From positions 1 through 59,205 of the forward strand of contig FIZK01000004.1 of assembly GCA_900018335.1 (NCBI GenBank): DNA of 59,205 bases, in the 5' to 3' direction. Source of the stretch: an uncultured Clostridia bacterium. Its GTDB lineage: Bacteria > Bacillota > Limnochordia > Darwinibacteriales > Darwinibacteriaceae. The first letter of the stretch is position 1. Every line of letters starts with the position of its first letter. Under the pieces are notes generated by a model. That model saw only the letters and a program-made list of their open reading frames with translations, was not told the origin of the DNA and searched no databases. The translations under genes were made by a program, and so were the position numbers. Positions 27,168 through 35,933 of the stretch are shown one piece after another.

Positions 27168-28391
27168 CTAGAACCTTTGACTCCAGGAAAGTTTGAGCTT
27201 AGGCGGCTGGCCAAAGGCTGCTGCCAGATTGCCCCCATCATACTCTCCCAGCTCCAGTTGCAGGTAGCGGTTTGCTGTCCCCCAGCGCACCCTGAGGAAG
27301 TAATGGGCGAGCTGCCTGGAAAAATCGTATTTGAACACGCAACGCCACGCCAAGGTTTTCTCCAGCTGCAGCTCGATCCTGAAGATTTTGCGCTGTCCAT
27401 CGGCGCGGAAACTCCAGCGTCCCCCCTGTGTTTCGCGATCATGGCGCAGCACTTGGTTCACGGCATCAAACTGCCAGAGAAAACCGTCTCCGGAATAGCG
27501 AAAGGCCAGGGCTCTGGTGGGCTCTAAGCGCCACTCCAGGCCCACGTTTTCGCCCAATTGGACAGTGTAAAGAAGCCGGTCATACCGGCGCGTCAGCGCC
27601 GCATCGGTGTGCCGTCTGAGAGTCATCCCCGCTTCCAGTGGACCCACGGGAAGCGTCAAGTTCAGCTCCCAGCCCACCCGGTTGGGGGTGTACCGGTTGG
27701 ATTTGGCAAACAGGCTCTCAAACCCAGGATCCACACTCTGCCAGCTAAAGCCCCCCCGCACGCCGCTGCCGGTTTTTCTGAGCTCAAATACTGTACCGCG
27801 GCACTCCTGCCCCCGCTCATAGACCCAACCGGCAGCTGCGGCCGCTTCCCAAGCGCCGAGGGAACCTGTAACCTGCAGTACTGCCGCAGCACCCGGGCCG
27901 CGGGGGCCCAAGAAGCGCAGCTGAAGCCCTGTAAAGGCCAGGGGGCCCACTGTAAAAACACTCTCCACAAAGAGTGCATCGGCCAGCTCCTGGCTGCGTA
28001 GGGGGATCTGCCCAAGGAGGCCAAAGGACAGCTGTTCACCCTGGACGACCGCATAGGACGTCCCGCGGGCACGCTGATTTTTGTTGATCAGACGAAAGAG
28101 ATCAGATGAGGTGTAGTGGTCCACATTCTGACCTGCCCGGAGCAAAAAAAGGCCCGCGCCCTGGGCCTCCAGCTGCCACCTGGGCGTGAGCTGCAAGATT
28201 CTCTCCTGACCGTAATCGCACTGAACACCCAGGCGCAGGTCGACGGAATCCATCTGCCTGTGCAGGGACAGGTATACACTCTGGTTAAACCCTTCAGGAC
28301 CCGCGGCACCAGTCAGTTCCCCGCTGAGTTCCACTGCGCTGGCTGCCGCACTTACAGTCAGGCAAAAGAGGACAAAAAAGACTCCGCGCAT
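27168..28391 (-). CDS. Secreted protein of unknown function, beta-barrel outer-membrane-protein-like
   Basis: Counted from ATG 28391 it has a Sec signal, MRGVFFVLFCLTVSAAASA/VE. The mature part is rich in alternating aromatic/polar strands. The C-terminus is KLKLSWSQRF, ending in Phe. Confidence 0.45.
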   Translation of the reverse strand: MRGVFFVLFCLTVSAAASAVELSGELTGAAGPEGFNQSVYLSLHRQMDSVDLRLGVQCDYGQERILQLTPRWQLEAQGAGLFLLRAGQNVDHYTSSDLFRLINKNQRARGTSYAVVQGEQLSFGLLGQIPLRSQELADALFVESVFTVGPLAFTGLQLRFLGPRGPGAAAVLQVTGSLGAWEAAAAAGWVYERGQECRGTVFELRKTGSGVRGGFSWQSVDPGFESLFAKSNRYTPNRVGWELNLTLPVGPLEAGMTLRRHTDAALTRRYDRLLYTVQLGENVGLEWRLEPTRALAFRYSGDGFLWQFDAVNQVLRHDRETQGGRWSFRADGQRKIFRIELQLEKTLAWRCVFKYDFSRQLAHYFLRVRWGTANRYLQLELGEYDGGNLAAAFGQPPKLKLSWSQRF

Positions 28392-28458
28392 GTACAAAAG
28401 AACACTCTCCTTTGGACATCTCCCTGGGCGCGGAGTGACAATATTATAACATGATCTA

Positions 28459-28824
28459 CTATTTTTTCCAAGCGTAGCCTTCCCGATCGGTACGGCCCTC
28501 TTGGCGAGCGAAGTTTTCCTGGTTCTTGCGTACATATGCCTGGTAAAGCTCCTCCGGCCCTATGCCGGCTTTCAGACACATGCTCACAAAGAAGTGCAGC
28601 ACATCCACGATTTCCTCCAGGAGCCGTTCCCGATCCACTGCTTGCGGGTCCTTCCACCACTTGAAGTTGACCTCATCGAGGATTTCAGCAAGTTCCGAGA
28701 TGATGGCCAGGACCTCTTTTTGGATCCACACTTCCTGGCTGAAGTCGATACCCCTGTGCTCGACCACTGCCTGATCAAAACGCTCCTGCAGCCGGAAGAT
28801 TTCCTTCAGCATATCTTTCTGCAT
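28459..28824 (-). CDS. All-alpha NTP pyrophosphohydrolase, dimeric-dUTPase/MazG-like
   Basis: 121 aa with acidic helices (ELAEILDEVNFKWWK, EEIVDVLHF) typical of dimeric dUTPase-like proteins. It overlaps the mlpA stop by 19 nt. Confidence 0.5.
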   Translation of the reverse strand: MQKDMLKEIFRLQERFDQAVVEHRGIDFSQEVWIQKEVLAIISELAEILDEVNFKWWKDPQAVDRERLLEEIVDVLHFFVSMCLKAGIGPEELYQAYVRKNQENFARQEGRTDREGYAWKK

Positions 28825-30062
28825 GACACGTCCTCCTTTATCAAACGGCTCGGTCCCACGGCGGCCCAGCTCCAGCGCTGGGGATCGTAGATTTCCCGCG
28901 CCAAATCCATAACCTCCCCATGCTGCACCTGATCAAGGGCCCCGAGAACCGCCGAGGGAGGTATGGGCCCGCCTTCATACAACTCACCCTTGGCCAGTCT
29001 GGACATGCGGGCACTTGTGCTTTCCAGGGAGAGTATGAAACCGCTGCGCAGCTGCTGCTTAGATCTTTCCACCATGTCCGCCGTGATCAGCTGGGGAATG
29101 TTCCGAAACAGCCCGGTGATGACGTCCCAGACCCGATCCCAATTCCGGGGGCAGAATCCAGCGTAAACCCCGTAGAAACCCGTATCGCTGTACAAGCAGT
29201 TGAAAGAGTAGGTACTGTAGACCAACCCCAGCTCCTCCCGGAGCTGCTGGAAGAGCAGGGAACTGACCCCGCCGCCCATGATGGCATCCAAAACCTGTAG
29301 GGGGTACCTGCGCTCATCACTGCGAGCGATGGCCGGAGCTCCCAGGCAGAGATGGACCTGCTCAATATCTTTGTCCCGAAAGCTGCAGCTTCCCGGTGTG
29401 TTTCGGGGGTGGGAGGCAAGGGGAGTGTTCCCCCGCGGCAGGCGGGCAAAGGCCCGGGCAAAGCTTTCCACCACCTCTTCGTGGCGCACATTGCCCGCAC
29501 AGGCGATGACCAACCTGTCGGCTGTATAGTGTTTTGCCACATACTCCCGCAGACGTTGCGGCGTACACGCTTGGATCGTCTCTTCTGATCCTAGAATGCT
29601 CCTGCCCAGCGGATCGCCGGGCCAGAGTACATGGGAAAACAAGTCGTGCACAAAGTCCTCCGGTGAGTCTTCGTACATGCGCAGCTCTTCCATGATGACG
29701 CCCTTTTCCTTCTCCACATCCGCGGGAAGAAACAGGGAGTTGAGCAGCATGTCTTGGAGCAGGCCGGCCGCGGTGGAAAAGTGCTCATCCAGGACTTTAA
29801 AGTAGTAGCAGGTCTGCTCTCGCTCGGTGAAGGCGTTGAGCTGCCCGCCGCGCTGATCCATGATCTCCGCAATCTCCCGAGCGGAATGAGTGCTGGTCCC
29901 CTTGAACATCATGTGCTCCACAAAGTGAGATAAACCCCACTCCTCCGGCTCTTCCTGCCGGCTGCCCACCTCAAACCAGGCTCCCAAGGCTGCGGAACGC
30001 ACGTGGGGCAAGTATTCCGTTACTATCCTAATCCCGTTGGGTAACACCGTCTTTTGGTACAT
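28806..30062 (-). CDS. M16 family zinc peptidase (MlpA/YmxG-like)
   Basis: Inverted zinc motif HFVEHMMFKG (HxxEH). ATG at 30062 (MYQKTVLPNG) follows GGAGG. Confidence 0.85.
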   Translation of the reverse strand: MYQKTVLPNGIRIVTEYLPHVRSAALGAWFEVGSRQEEPEEWGLSHFVEHMMFKGTSTHSAREIAEIMDQRGGQLNAFTEREQTCYYFKVLDEHFSTAAGLLQDMLLNSLFLPADVEKEKGVIMEELRMYEDSPEDFVHDLFSHVLWPGDPLGRSILGSEETIQACTPQRLREYVAKHYTADRLVIACAGNVRHEEVVESFARAFARLPRGNTPLASHPRNTPGSCSFRDKDIEQVHLCLGAPAIARSDERRYPLQVLDAIMGGGVSSLLFQQLREELGLVYSTYSFNCLYSDTGFYGVYAGFCPRNWDRVWDVITGLFRNIPQLITADMVERSKQQLRSGFILSLESTSARMSRLAKGELYEGGPIPPSAVLGALDQVQHGEVMDLAREIYDPQRWSWAAVGPSRLIKEDVSCRKIC

Positions 30063-30075
30063 GCCATACCTCCAA

Positions 30076-30098
30076 GCGCTGGTGATCTTCACCAGCGC
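30076..30098. repeat. Perfect 10-bp inverted repeat abutting the peptidase RBS in the divergent intergenic region
   Basis: Reads GCGCTGGTGA-TCT-TCACCAGCGC. On the minus strand it is followed by TTGGAGGTATGGCATG. Confidence 0.5.
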
Positions 30099-30167
30099 GT
30101 GCTCTTCTTACCACTGAAATTTGCAGTATGAATATGATACCATAGATCCAGCACATCAGAAAGGGGG

Positions 30168-31400
30168 ATGCTTATGGCTCGAGGCGTTATAGTCACTCTG
30201 TTGTCCATTCTCTTCTACTTCACAACTCTCCTAGGCGGACAGGCACCGCACCCCGTGGAGCCCATGGCTCCCCCTGCGCAGCAGCGGACCTATGAGGTCT
30301 TGGGGCAGACAGCCCTGCTTGCGGCTGATGCCGTGACTGTACGCAGTGGTCCTTCCGCGGAAGCGGACGCCCTCGGCGTGATCAAAAAGGACACGGCGAG
30401 GGTGATTATCCTAGATCACCAGGCTGGATGGTACAAAGTCCATCTCAGCTCAGGACTCTCCGGCTGGGTTCCGGAACACGCACTGACCATAGTCCCATCA
30501 GTTCCCAAGCCACTGGATCGTCTAATCGTAGGCTACTTCGAACCGGGGGAAGCGGCCTATGATACTTTGTTGGCACACTCCACCAAGTTGACGGCCACCG
30601 CGCCCCTGGGATGGAGTCTGGATAGCTACGGGGGGATCACGGCAGATTTCGACCCGCAGGAAATGGGCCGAAGCCTGTATTTCGCGGGCAATCAGGAGCT
30701 GCTCACCTTCGCCCACGTGCGCGTTCCGGCCAGCCCCACGCGGCTGCTCAGCAGTGCCTATCTGCAGCAGCAAGCCATTAGCCAGCTGGTCAATGTGGTT
30801 GCGGAATGGGGTCTGAAGGGCTTGATCATCCACTTCGACTACGTTCCCGAAGGGGAACAATACGAACTCTTTTCATTTCTCCAAGGACTCCAGGCAGAGC
30901 TCGCCGCCAAGGGCGGGCGTACGCTGGTCAGTTTTCCTTGGGACGAAAACCTGGACTATGCCGCGGCCAGCAGGGCTGCGGACTATGTGGTGCTGCAGGG
31001 TTCCCGTGACACAAAAGAACCAGGACCCCTAGCAGCCCTGGTGGAACTGGATCAAATGCTGGCAGCCATCACCAAGACCGTGGATGCCAGGAAGATCATC
31101 TTGGCCCTGTCCACATCGGGCCTGGACTGGCCCCGCACAGGCGGAGCCCAAGTGCTGAGCCATGAACAAGTGATGGATCTTGCGGCAAGGCAGGGTGCAA
31201 AAATCCGCTGGGATTCAGTTTCCATGACACCTTACTTCCACTACGGAAACGGTCATGAAGTGTGGTTTGAAAACCGCTATAGCATGAAGTACAAACTAGA
31301 GCTGGTGGCCAAGTACAACCTGGCAGGTGCAGCCCTGGGTAACTTGGGTCAGGAAGACCCGGAAATCTGGGACAGCGCCGCGGAGCTGCTAATCGGCTAA
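30168..31400 (+). CDS. SH3b domain + GH18-like (YaaH/SleL-type) protein, probably non-catalytic
   Basis: This is the only plus-strand gene. It has a signal/TM segment, an SH3b-like segment (WYKV, GWVPEHAL) and a GH18-like barrel. The DxDxE position reads IIHFDYV. An alternative ATG at 30174 has better RBS spacing. Confidence 0.65.
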   Translation: MLMARGVIVTLLSILFYFTTLLGGQAPHPVEPMAPPAQQRTYEVLGQTALLAADAVTVRSGPSAEADALGVIKKDTARVIILDHQAGWYKVHLSSGLSGWVPEHALTIVPSVPKPLDRLIVGYFEPGEAAYDTLLAHSTKLTATAPLGWSLDSYGGITADFDPQEMGRSLYFAGNQELLTFAHVRVPASPTRLLSSAYLQQQAISQLVNVVAEWGLKGLIIHFDYVPEGEQYELFSFLQGLQAELAAKGGRTLVSFPWDENLDYAAASRAADYVVLQGSRDTKEPGPLAALVELDQMLAAITKTVDARKIILALSTSGLDWPRTGGAQVLSHEQVMDLAARQGAKIRWDSVSMTPYFHYGNGHEVWFENRYSMKYKLELVAKYNLAGAALGNLGQEDPEIWDSAAELLIG

Positions 31401-32357
31401 GAGCTCTCCCACGGTAACGCATTGGAAACCCCTGGCCTCCAGATGATCCAGGATCACAGGCAGGGCTTCCAGCGTGGGCTGTGTTGGGTGCATGAGGATC
31501 AATGCTCCATTGACCAGCCCGCTGAGCACACGATCAATAATCCGGGTGGGAGCAGGCCTCTGCCAGTCCACGGTGTCCACCGTCCAGAGGACAGTCTTAT
31601 AGCCCATCTCAGCCGCCACCGCCACCGTCTCCTCTGTAAAGTCCCCGGCCGGCGGCGCAAACACCTGGGGCCGCTGGCCGGTGGCCTCCAAAATCAGATC
31701 CTCTCCCTCTTGAATGAGCCGCGCCACTTCATCGCGGCTCATTTCGCTGGGAAGGCCGTGCCAGCCCCCGTGGTTGCCTATTTCATGCCCAGCCTCGGCA
31801 ATAGCCCTGGCCAGCTCGGGCGACTGCTGCGCCCAGCGCCCCGTGAGGAACCAGGTGACGGTTACATCGGCATGGGCCAGTACCTCCAGCAGGGCTGGGA
31901 TGAACTCATCGCCCCAGTCCACATTGAACATGAGGGCCAGGCGCGGCTCGCTAGCGGGCCCTCGGTAGTAGGGCTGGAAGTGCGCCCGAGTGATGGAAGG
32001 TAGTACAACCACGGTCACCAGGCGGACTTCGGACCGGGCGGGGGCGCTCAGCAGGGCGGCAACGGTACTCTGTACATCCACCACCTGCCCCACCACCTCC
32101 GGCGTAATCTCGCCCGTCTGCCAATCCCAGCTGGCATTGCTAGCTTCTACGTAGAAGCTTTCAGCCAAACTGGCCACCACATCATAGAGCTCCTCCTCCA
32201 GCAACCCTTCCACCAACTGTCCCTCCAAGGTTACTCCCGGCTTTACGCCGTAAAGAGCACGCAGCGCGACATCGTAGATGGCGGGCGCAGCAAAGAGCAG
32301 CGCCGCGCCGAGAATGATTCCCGCAGTGATCAGGATGGCCTTTTTGGTAATGATCAT
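31389..32357 (-). CDS. Polysaccharide deacetylase family sporulation protein (YlxY-like)
   Basis: 322 aa with an N-terminal TM and NodB motifs (FNVDWG, HEIGNHG). It sits upstream of mlpA, as in Bacillus. Confidence 0.8.
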   Translation of the reverse strand: MIITKKAILITAGIILGAALLFAAPAIYDVALRALYGVKPGVTLEGQLVEGLLEEELYDVVASLAESFYVEASNASWDWQTGEITPEVVGQVVDVQSTVAALLSAPARSEVRLVTVVVLPSITRAHFQPYYRGPASEPRLALMFNVDWGDEFIPALLEVLAHADVTVTWFLTGRWAQQSPELARAIAEAGHEIGNHGGWHGLPSEMSRDEVARLIQEGEDLILEATGQRPQVFAPPAGDFTEETVAVAAEMGYKTVLWTVDTVDWQRPAPTRIIDRVLSGLVNGALILMHPTQPTLEALPVILDHLEARGFQCVTVGELLAD

Positions 32358-32359
32358 GC

Positions 32360-33130
32360 CTAGCTGCCCCCCTTTCCAGGATGCTGCGTTCCGGCATGGT
32401 CGATATAGAAGTCTCCTTTGTGCAAAAGCTCGGAAACGGGCACTATTTCATAGCCCTGACGGATCAGATCGGGAATGAGACGGCGAATAGCCCCAGGGGT
32501 ACCTGGGGCTGCGTTGTGGAAAAGCACGATGGAGCCAGGCTTGATCTGGCTCATCACCCGTTCATAGATCTGGCTGCTGTTCAAGTTCTTCCAGTCCAGA
32601 GAATCCACGGACCACTGGATAGTATGGTAACCCAGGGCTGAGGCTGTGGAAATGACCTGATTATTGTACTCCCCAAAAGGCGGACGGAATAGGGTTGTTC
32701 TCTGCCCGGTAAGCTCCTGGATCACATACTCGTTCTTCTGCAGTTCATAGGCAATGCCCTGCTCGTTGAGGGTGGCCATGTGGGGGTGGGAATAGCTGTG
32801 ATTACCTATTTCATGTCCTGCGTCAGCAATCTTAACCACGTAGTCTGGATGCTTATCCACCCAATACCCCGCCAAAAAGAACGTGGTTACGATGTTGTGC
32901 TCCTTGAGGATCTCTAAAATCTCATCTGTGAGGTCTGCCCCCCAGGTAGCGTCAAAGGAAAAGGCCACCTTCTTCTCGGATGTCTTCACCGAGTAAATGG
33001 GAATCAACCGTCCCCTGGATGTGACTGTTGTAATCAGCGGAGTTCGCACCTGCGGGACCAGACTCAAAAACGCCAGCAGGAGAACTAGGAAGAGGTACCA
33101 CCACTTCACCCTGATCACGTAAACACGCAT
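32360..33130 (-). CDS. Polysaccharide deacetylase (PdaB-like)
   Basis: NodB motifs FSFDATWG and HEIGNHSYSHP, with an N-terminal TM. ATG at 33130 follows GAGGTGA; an alternative TTG is at 33148. Confidence 0.8.
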   Translation of the reverse strand: MRVYVIRVKWWYLFLVLLLAFLSLVPQVRTPLITTVTSRGRLIPIYSVKTSEKKVAFSFDATWGADLTDEILEILKEHNIVTTFFLAGYWVDKHPDYVVKIADAGHEIGNHSYSHPHMATLNEQGIAYELQKNEYVIQELTGQRTTLFRPPFGEYNNQVISTASALGYHTIQWSVDSLDWKNLNSSQIYERVMSQIKPGSIVLFHNAAPGTPGAIRRLIPDLIRQGYEIVPVSELLHKGDFYIDHAGTQHPGKGGS

Positions 33131-33158
33131 GACATCACCTCTAGGCAATTCTATTCAC

Positions 33159-33776
33159 CTAGAGGGCGAAGTTATGATTCCCGATCCTTTTGATCACCTG
33201 TCTCGTGGCCCAAAACTCCGGTGCCTGGGTGGTGTTGGGGTTGTAGAAATACAGCGCCCCGCCCGTGGGGTCTTCCCCGGCCAGCGCCCTCGTCACCGCC
33301 TCCGCACAACTGGCATCAGCCTTCTTGGGCACAGTCCCCTGGGCCACGGGTGTGAACTGCCCTGGCTGGTGCAGAACCTCCCACACCGAATTAGGGTATT
33401 TACTAGAACGCACCCTGTTGAAAACCACAGCGGCCACCGCAACTTTGCCCTCAAACGGCTCGCCTCCGGCCTCAGCCTGCACAACCCGGGCCAGGAGATC
33501 GAGCTCTTCGCCGCTCACGGTCACCGTAGTACCATCGTGCAGCACCAGTTTAGCGTCGGCCTGCGTGGGCAGTCGGAGCCGCGCCCCCACCTGCAGCGTC
33601 GTGGGGTCCTTAATCCTGTTGAGAGCCGCCAGATCCTGCCAGGAAACCCCGTGAGCCATGGCGATATCCCAGAGGGTATCTCCTGGCTGCACCACATGAA
33701 CCGAATCTGAATCCGCTTGGACCAGGCAGGACATGAGCACTAGGCCCAACAGGATCACTAAAAAGCTGCGCATCAT
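33159..33776 (-). CDS. LysM domain + SleB/CwlJ-type cell wall hydrolase
   Basis: Has a signal peptide, LysM (VVQPGDTLWDIA) and a Hydrolase_2 core (ARVVQAEAGGEP, AVVFNRV). ATG at 33776 follows AAGGAG. Confidence 0.8.
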   Translation of the reverse strand: MMRSFLVILLGLVLMSCLVQADSDSVHVVQPGDTLWDIAMAHGVSWQDLAALNRIKDPTTLQVGARLRLPTQADAKLVLHDGTTVTVSGEELDLLARVVQAEAGGEPFEGKVAVAAVVFNRVRSSKYPNSVWEVLHQPGQFTPVAQGTVPKKADASCAEAVTRALAGEDPTGGALYFYNPNTTQAPEFWATRQVIKRIGNHNFAL

Positions 33777-33832
33777 ATTTCTCCTTCGTGTTGAAATCAC
33801 TAACACTATTCCACGTGGAGTCCCCCGATCCT

Positions 33833-34597
33833 TCAGCGCCCCAATTGATCCAGGAAATGCAAAATCCTGCTGCCCTCGATGAGCTCGGAAAAGGAGATCC
33901 GTTCCGAAAGCAAGTTCAGGCCAGCCAAAGCCGCAAGAAGCACCGCCTTGACCCCGAGGGTTAGGCTGCCAGCTGCCATGAGTCCCAGTGCCGCGCCTAA
34001 GGGATTTGCACCCGTATCGCCCATCATGGCCCGCCGCCGCAGATCCCAGGGCAGGTAACCGGCCACCGCCAGGGATAGCACCTGCAGGGGAGCTGGATCA
34101 GCCGCGAGGAAATGCAGGGGCAGCCCCAAGAGGAGAAAGGCTTTTCCCGCCCGACCTGGCCTTAGGTCCAGCAGATTAAGGAAGTTGGCGGCCAGGGCCA
34201 CCAGTCCCCCATTGATCACCAGCTCCAGCCAGCCTGTGGCCAGCAGGCTCGCGGCCGCCAGGGCAGTGGCTCCTCCGCCCACCGCCTTAAGCAGTCCTGT
34301 TGACACCTCTCCAGCGGCCAAGTGCCCCCTAAACCCCTTCTGGCTCTGGCTGCCCCAGGCATCGTCAATGGCTCCCAAAGCCGCGAAAGCCAAGAGCACG
34401 ATGGTGAACAACAGGCTCTGCGATTCTGCACCCGACCGCAGGACGATCACCAAAGCGGATGGCAGGATAAACGCATAGCCGACGCCGGTGGGGACCTCCT
34501 CACCCAAGTAGTTCCGGGTCTTGCGGCGACCATAGATGGGCAGCAGAGCAGGTACAGCCACGTAGGAAAGGGCCACCGCCACCAAATTCCAAATCAT
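33833..34597 (-). CDS. MraY/WecA-like (GT4 family) polyprenyl-phosphate sugar-phosphate transferase-like membrane protein
   Basis: Polytopic protein with GAIDD and NFLNLLDLRPGRAGK motifs. It has an ATGA overlap with the GT2 stop. Confidence 0.6.
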   Translation of the reverse strand: MIWNLVAVALSYVAVPALLPIYGRRKTRNYLGEEVPTGVGYAFILPSALVIVLRSGAESQSLLFTIVLLAFAALGAIDDAWGSQSQKGFRGHLAAGEVSTGLLKAVGGGATALAAASLLATGWLELVINGGLVALAANFLNLLDLRPGRAGKAFLLLGLPLHFLAADPAPLQVLSLAVAGYLPWDLRRRAMMGDTGANPLGAALGLMAAGSLTLGVKAVLLAALAGLNLLSERISFSELIEGSRILHFLDQLGR

Positions 34598-35301
34598 GGG
34601 TGCCACCCCCTTTGCCAGCACTGCCACAAGGCACGCAGTACATGCCCTAACTGGCGGCCGCGGTGCCAAAACCCCTTAAGGCCACGCCCGTAGGAGCGGT
34701 GCTTCATGGGCAGGGGTAGTTCCAGTACTGTGAAGCCGTGGTACAGTGCGCCCACGGTTAAACCCACTTCCACGCCGAATCCTCTTGGAAGCTCTCCCAA
34801 GCGCTCGAGCACCTCAGAGCGAATCGCCCTCTGCCCAGACAGTGGACTGCTCACCTTTTGCCCAGTCAGCAGCTTCACCCCCCAGGCAGCCAACCGGCGG
34901 ACAAGGCCCAGGCCTGTTTTCCTGCCCCCTAGTGCCTGTCCGCCCACAAAACGGGCTACCGTCATATGAGCTTCGCCCCTGAGCACTGGGTCCACCAGCG
35001 CCTGGCCGTACCTGGCAGTCCTTCCCAAGTCCGCATCTAGGAAGAGATAGATGTCCCCATGTACCTGAGCCAAGCCCGCATTGAGGGCATGCCCTTTCCC
35101 TTGGTTACCAGCCAGATCCAGAACACCTATGGGCCGCGGCGCTTCCTGCCGAACTTTTTCCACCACTCCCCTGGTGTTGTCGGTGGAACCATCGTTGATC
35201 ACTAAAACCTCATCCAGCGCAACAATGGAGCAAACCGCTTCCAATGTCTCCGCGATATACTGCTCTTCGTTATAGGCGGGGATAAGTGCAATAACTTTCA
35301 T
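34594..35301 (-). CDS. Family 2 glycosyltransferase
   Basis: 235 aa with IPAYNEE, NDGSTD and LDADL motifs. It has an ATGA overlap with the upstream stop. Confidence 0.8.
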   Translation of the reverse strand: MKVIALIPAYNEEQYIAETLEAVCSIVALDEVLVINDGSTDNTRGVVEKVRQEAPRPIGVLDLAGNQGKGHALNAGLAQVHGDIYLFLDADLGRTARYGQALVDPVLRGEAHMTVARFVGGQALGGRKTGLGLVRRLAAWGVKLLTGQKVSSPLSGQRAIRSEVLERLGELPRGFGVEVGLTVGALYHGFTVLELPLPMKHRSYGRGLKGFWHRGRQLGHVLRALWQCWQRGWHP

Positions 35302-35933
35302 GGGAACAGCCTCTCGGCGCTGCGCTGCAGACCGTAGTGCCCCTGGAGATTGGCAGACAGGGCCAACAGGAAGGCGATCTCCCCCATACTGGTGTCAATG
35401 CTGTCCACCCGCAGACTGGGGGGAAGCTCCCCCAGCGCCGGTTCCAAATCCTGTTCCCACACAAAGCTCAGGCAAGTACCTGCCGCAGACAAGATGTCGA
35501 TCATCTCCCGCTCTGCACTGGACAGGGTTTCACTTCTCAAGGGGAAAACCACGGTCATGCCTTCGTGAAAAGCCATGGTCCCCAGGCTGTCCAGGGCAAC
35601 TGTCTCCACCTGGGCCCCTGCCTGTTGCAGTGTGGGGAGCAAAGAGGCCGCCCCTTCACCAACCAGGATCACCGCCCGTCCTGCCAACCGGTCCCGGACA
35701 ATGCTCTCGCGGAGCTGCAGCCACGCCTGGGTGGAAAAGTCCAGTTCAGCTTGGAGAACGGCCAACTTGGCGTTATTTTCCCTGAAACGTTCTTCCAGTT
35801 CTGAGATGAGCAGTGCCTGCTCCTCAACTAGACTGTGATCTGAAAAGACGGCGCCTCCGATCAACATGCCCAAAACCAGGCTGAAAAATACGGCCAGTAG
35901 TGAGGCTACATGGTAACGAAAACCGGGGCTCAT
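35298..35933 (-). CDS. MctB-family (copper-transporter-annotated) membrane-anchored protein
   Basis: 211 aa with N-terminus FRYHVASLLAVFFSLVLGMLIGG followed by a coiled coil. It starts directly after the steA stop (TAAATG). Confidence 0.65.
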   Translation of the reverse strand: MSPGFRYHVASLLAVFFSLVLGMLIGGAVFSDHSLVEEQALLISELEERFRENNAKLAVLQAELDFSTQAWLQLRESIVRDRLAGRAVILVGEGAASLLPTLQQAGAQVETVALDSLGTMAFHEGMTVVFPLRSETLSSAEREMIDILSAAGTCLSFVWEQDLEPALGELPPSLRVDSIDTSMGEIAFLLALSANLQGHYGLQRSAERLFP

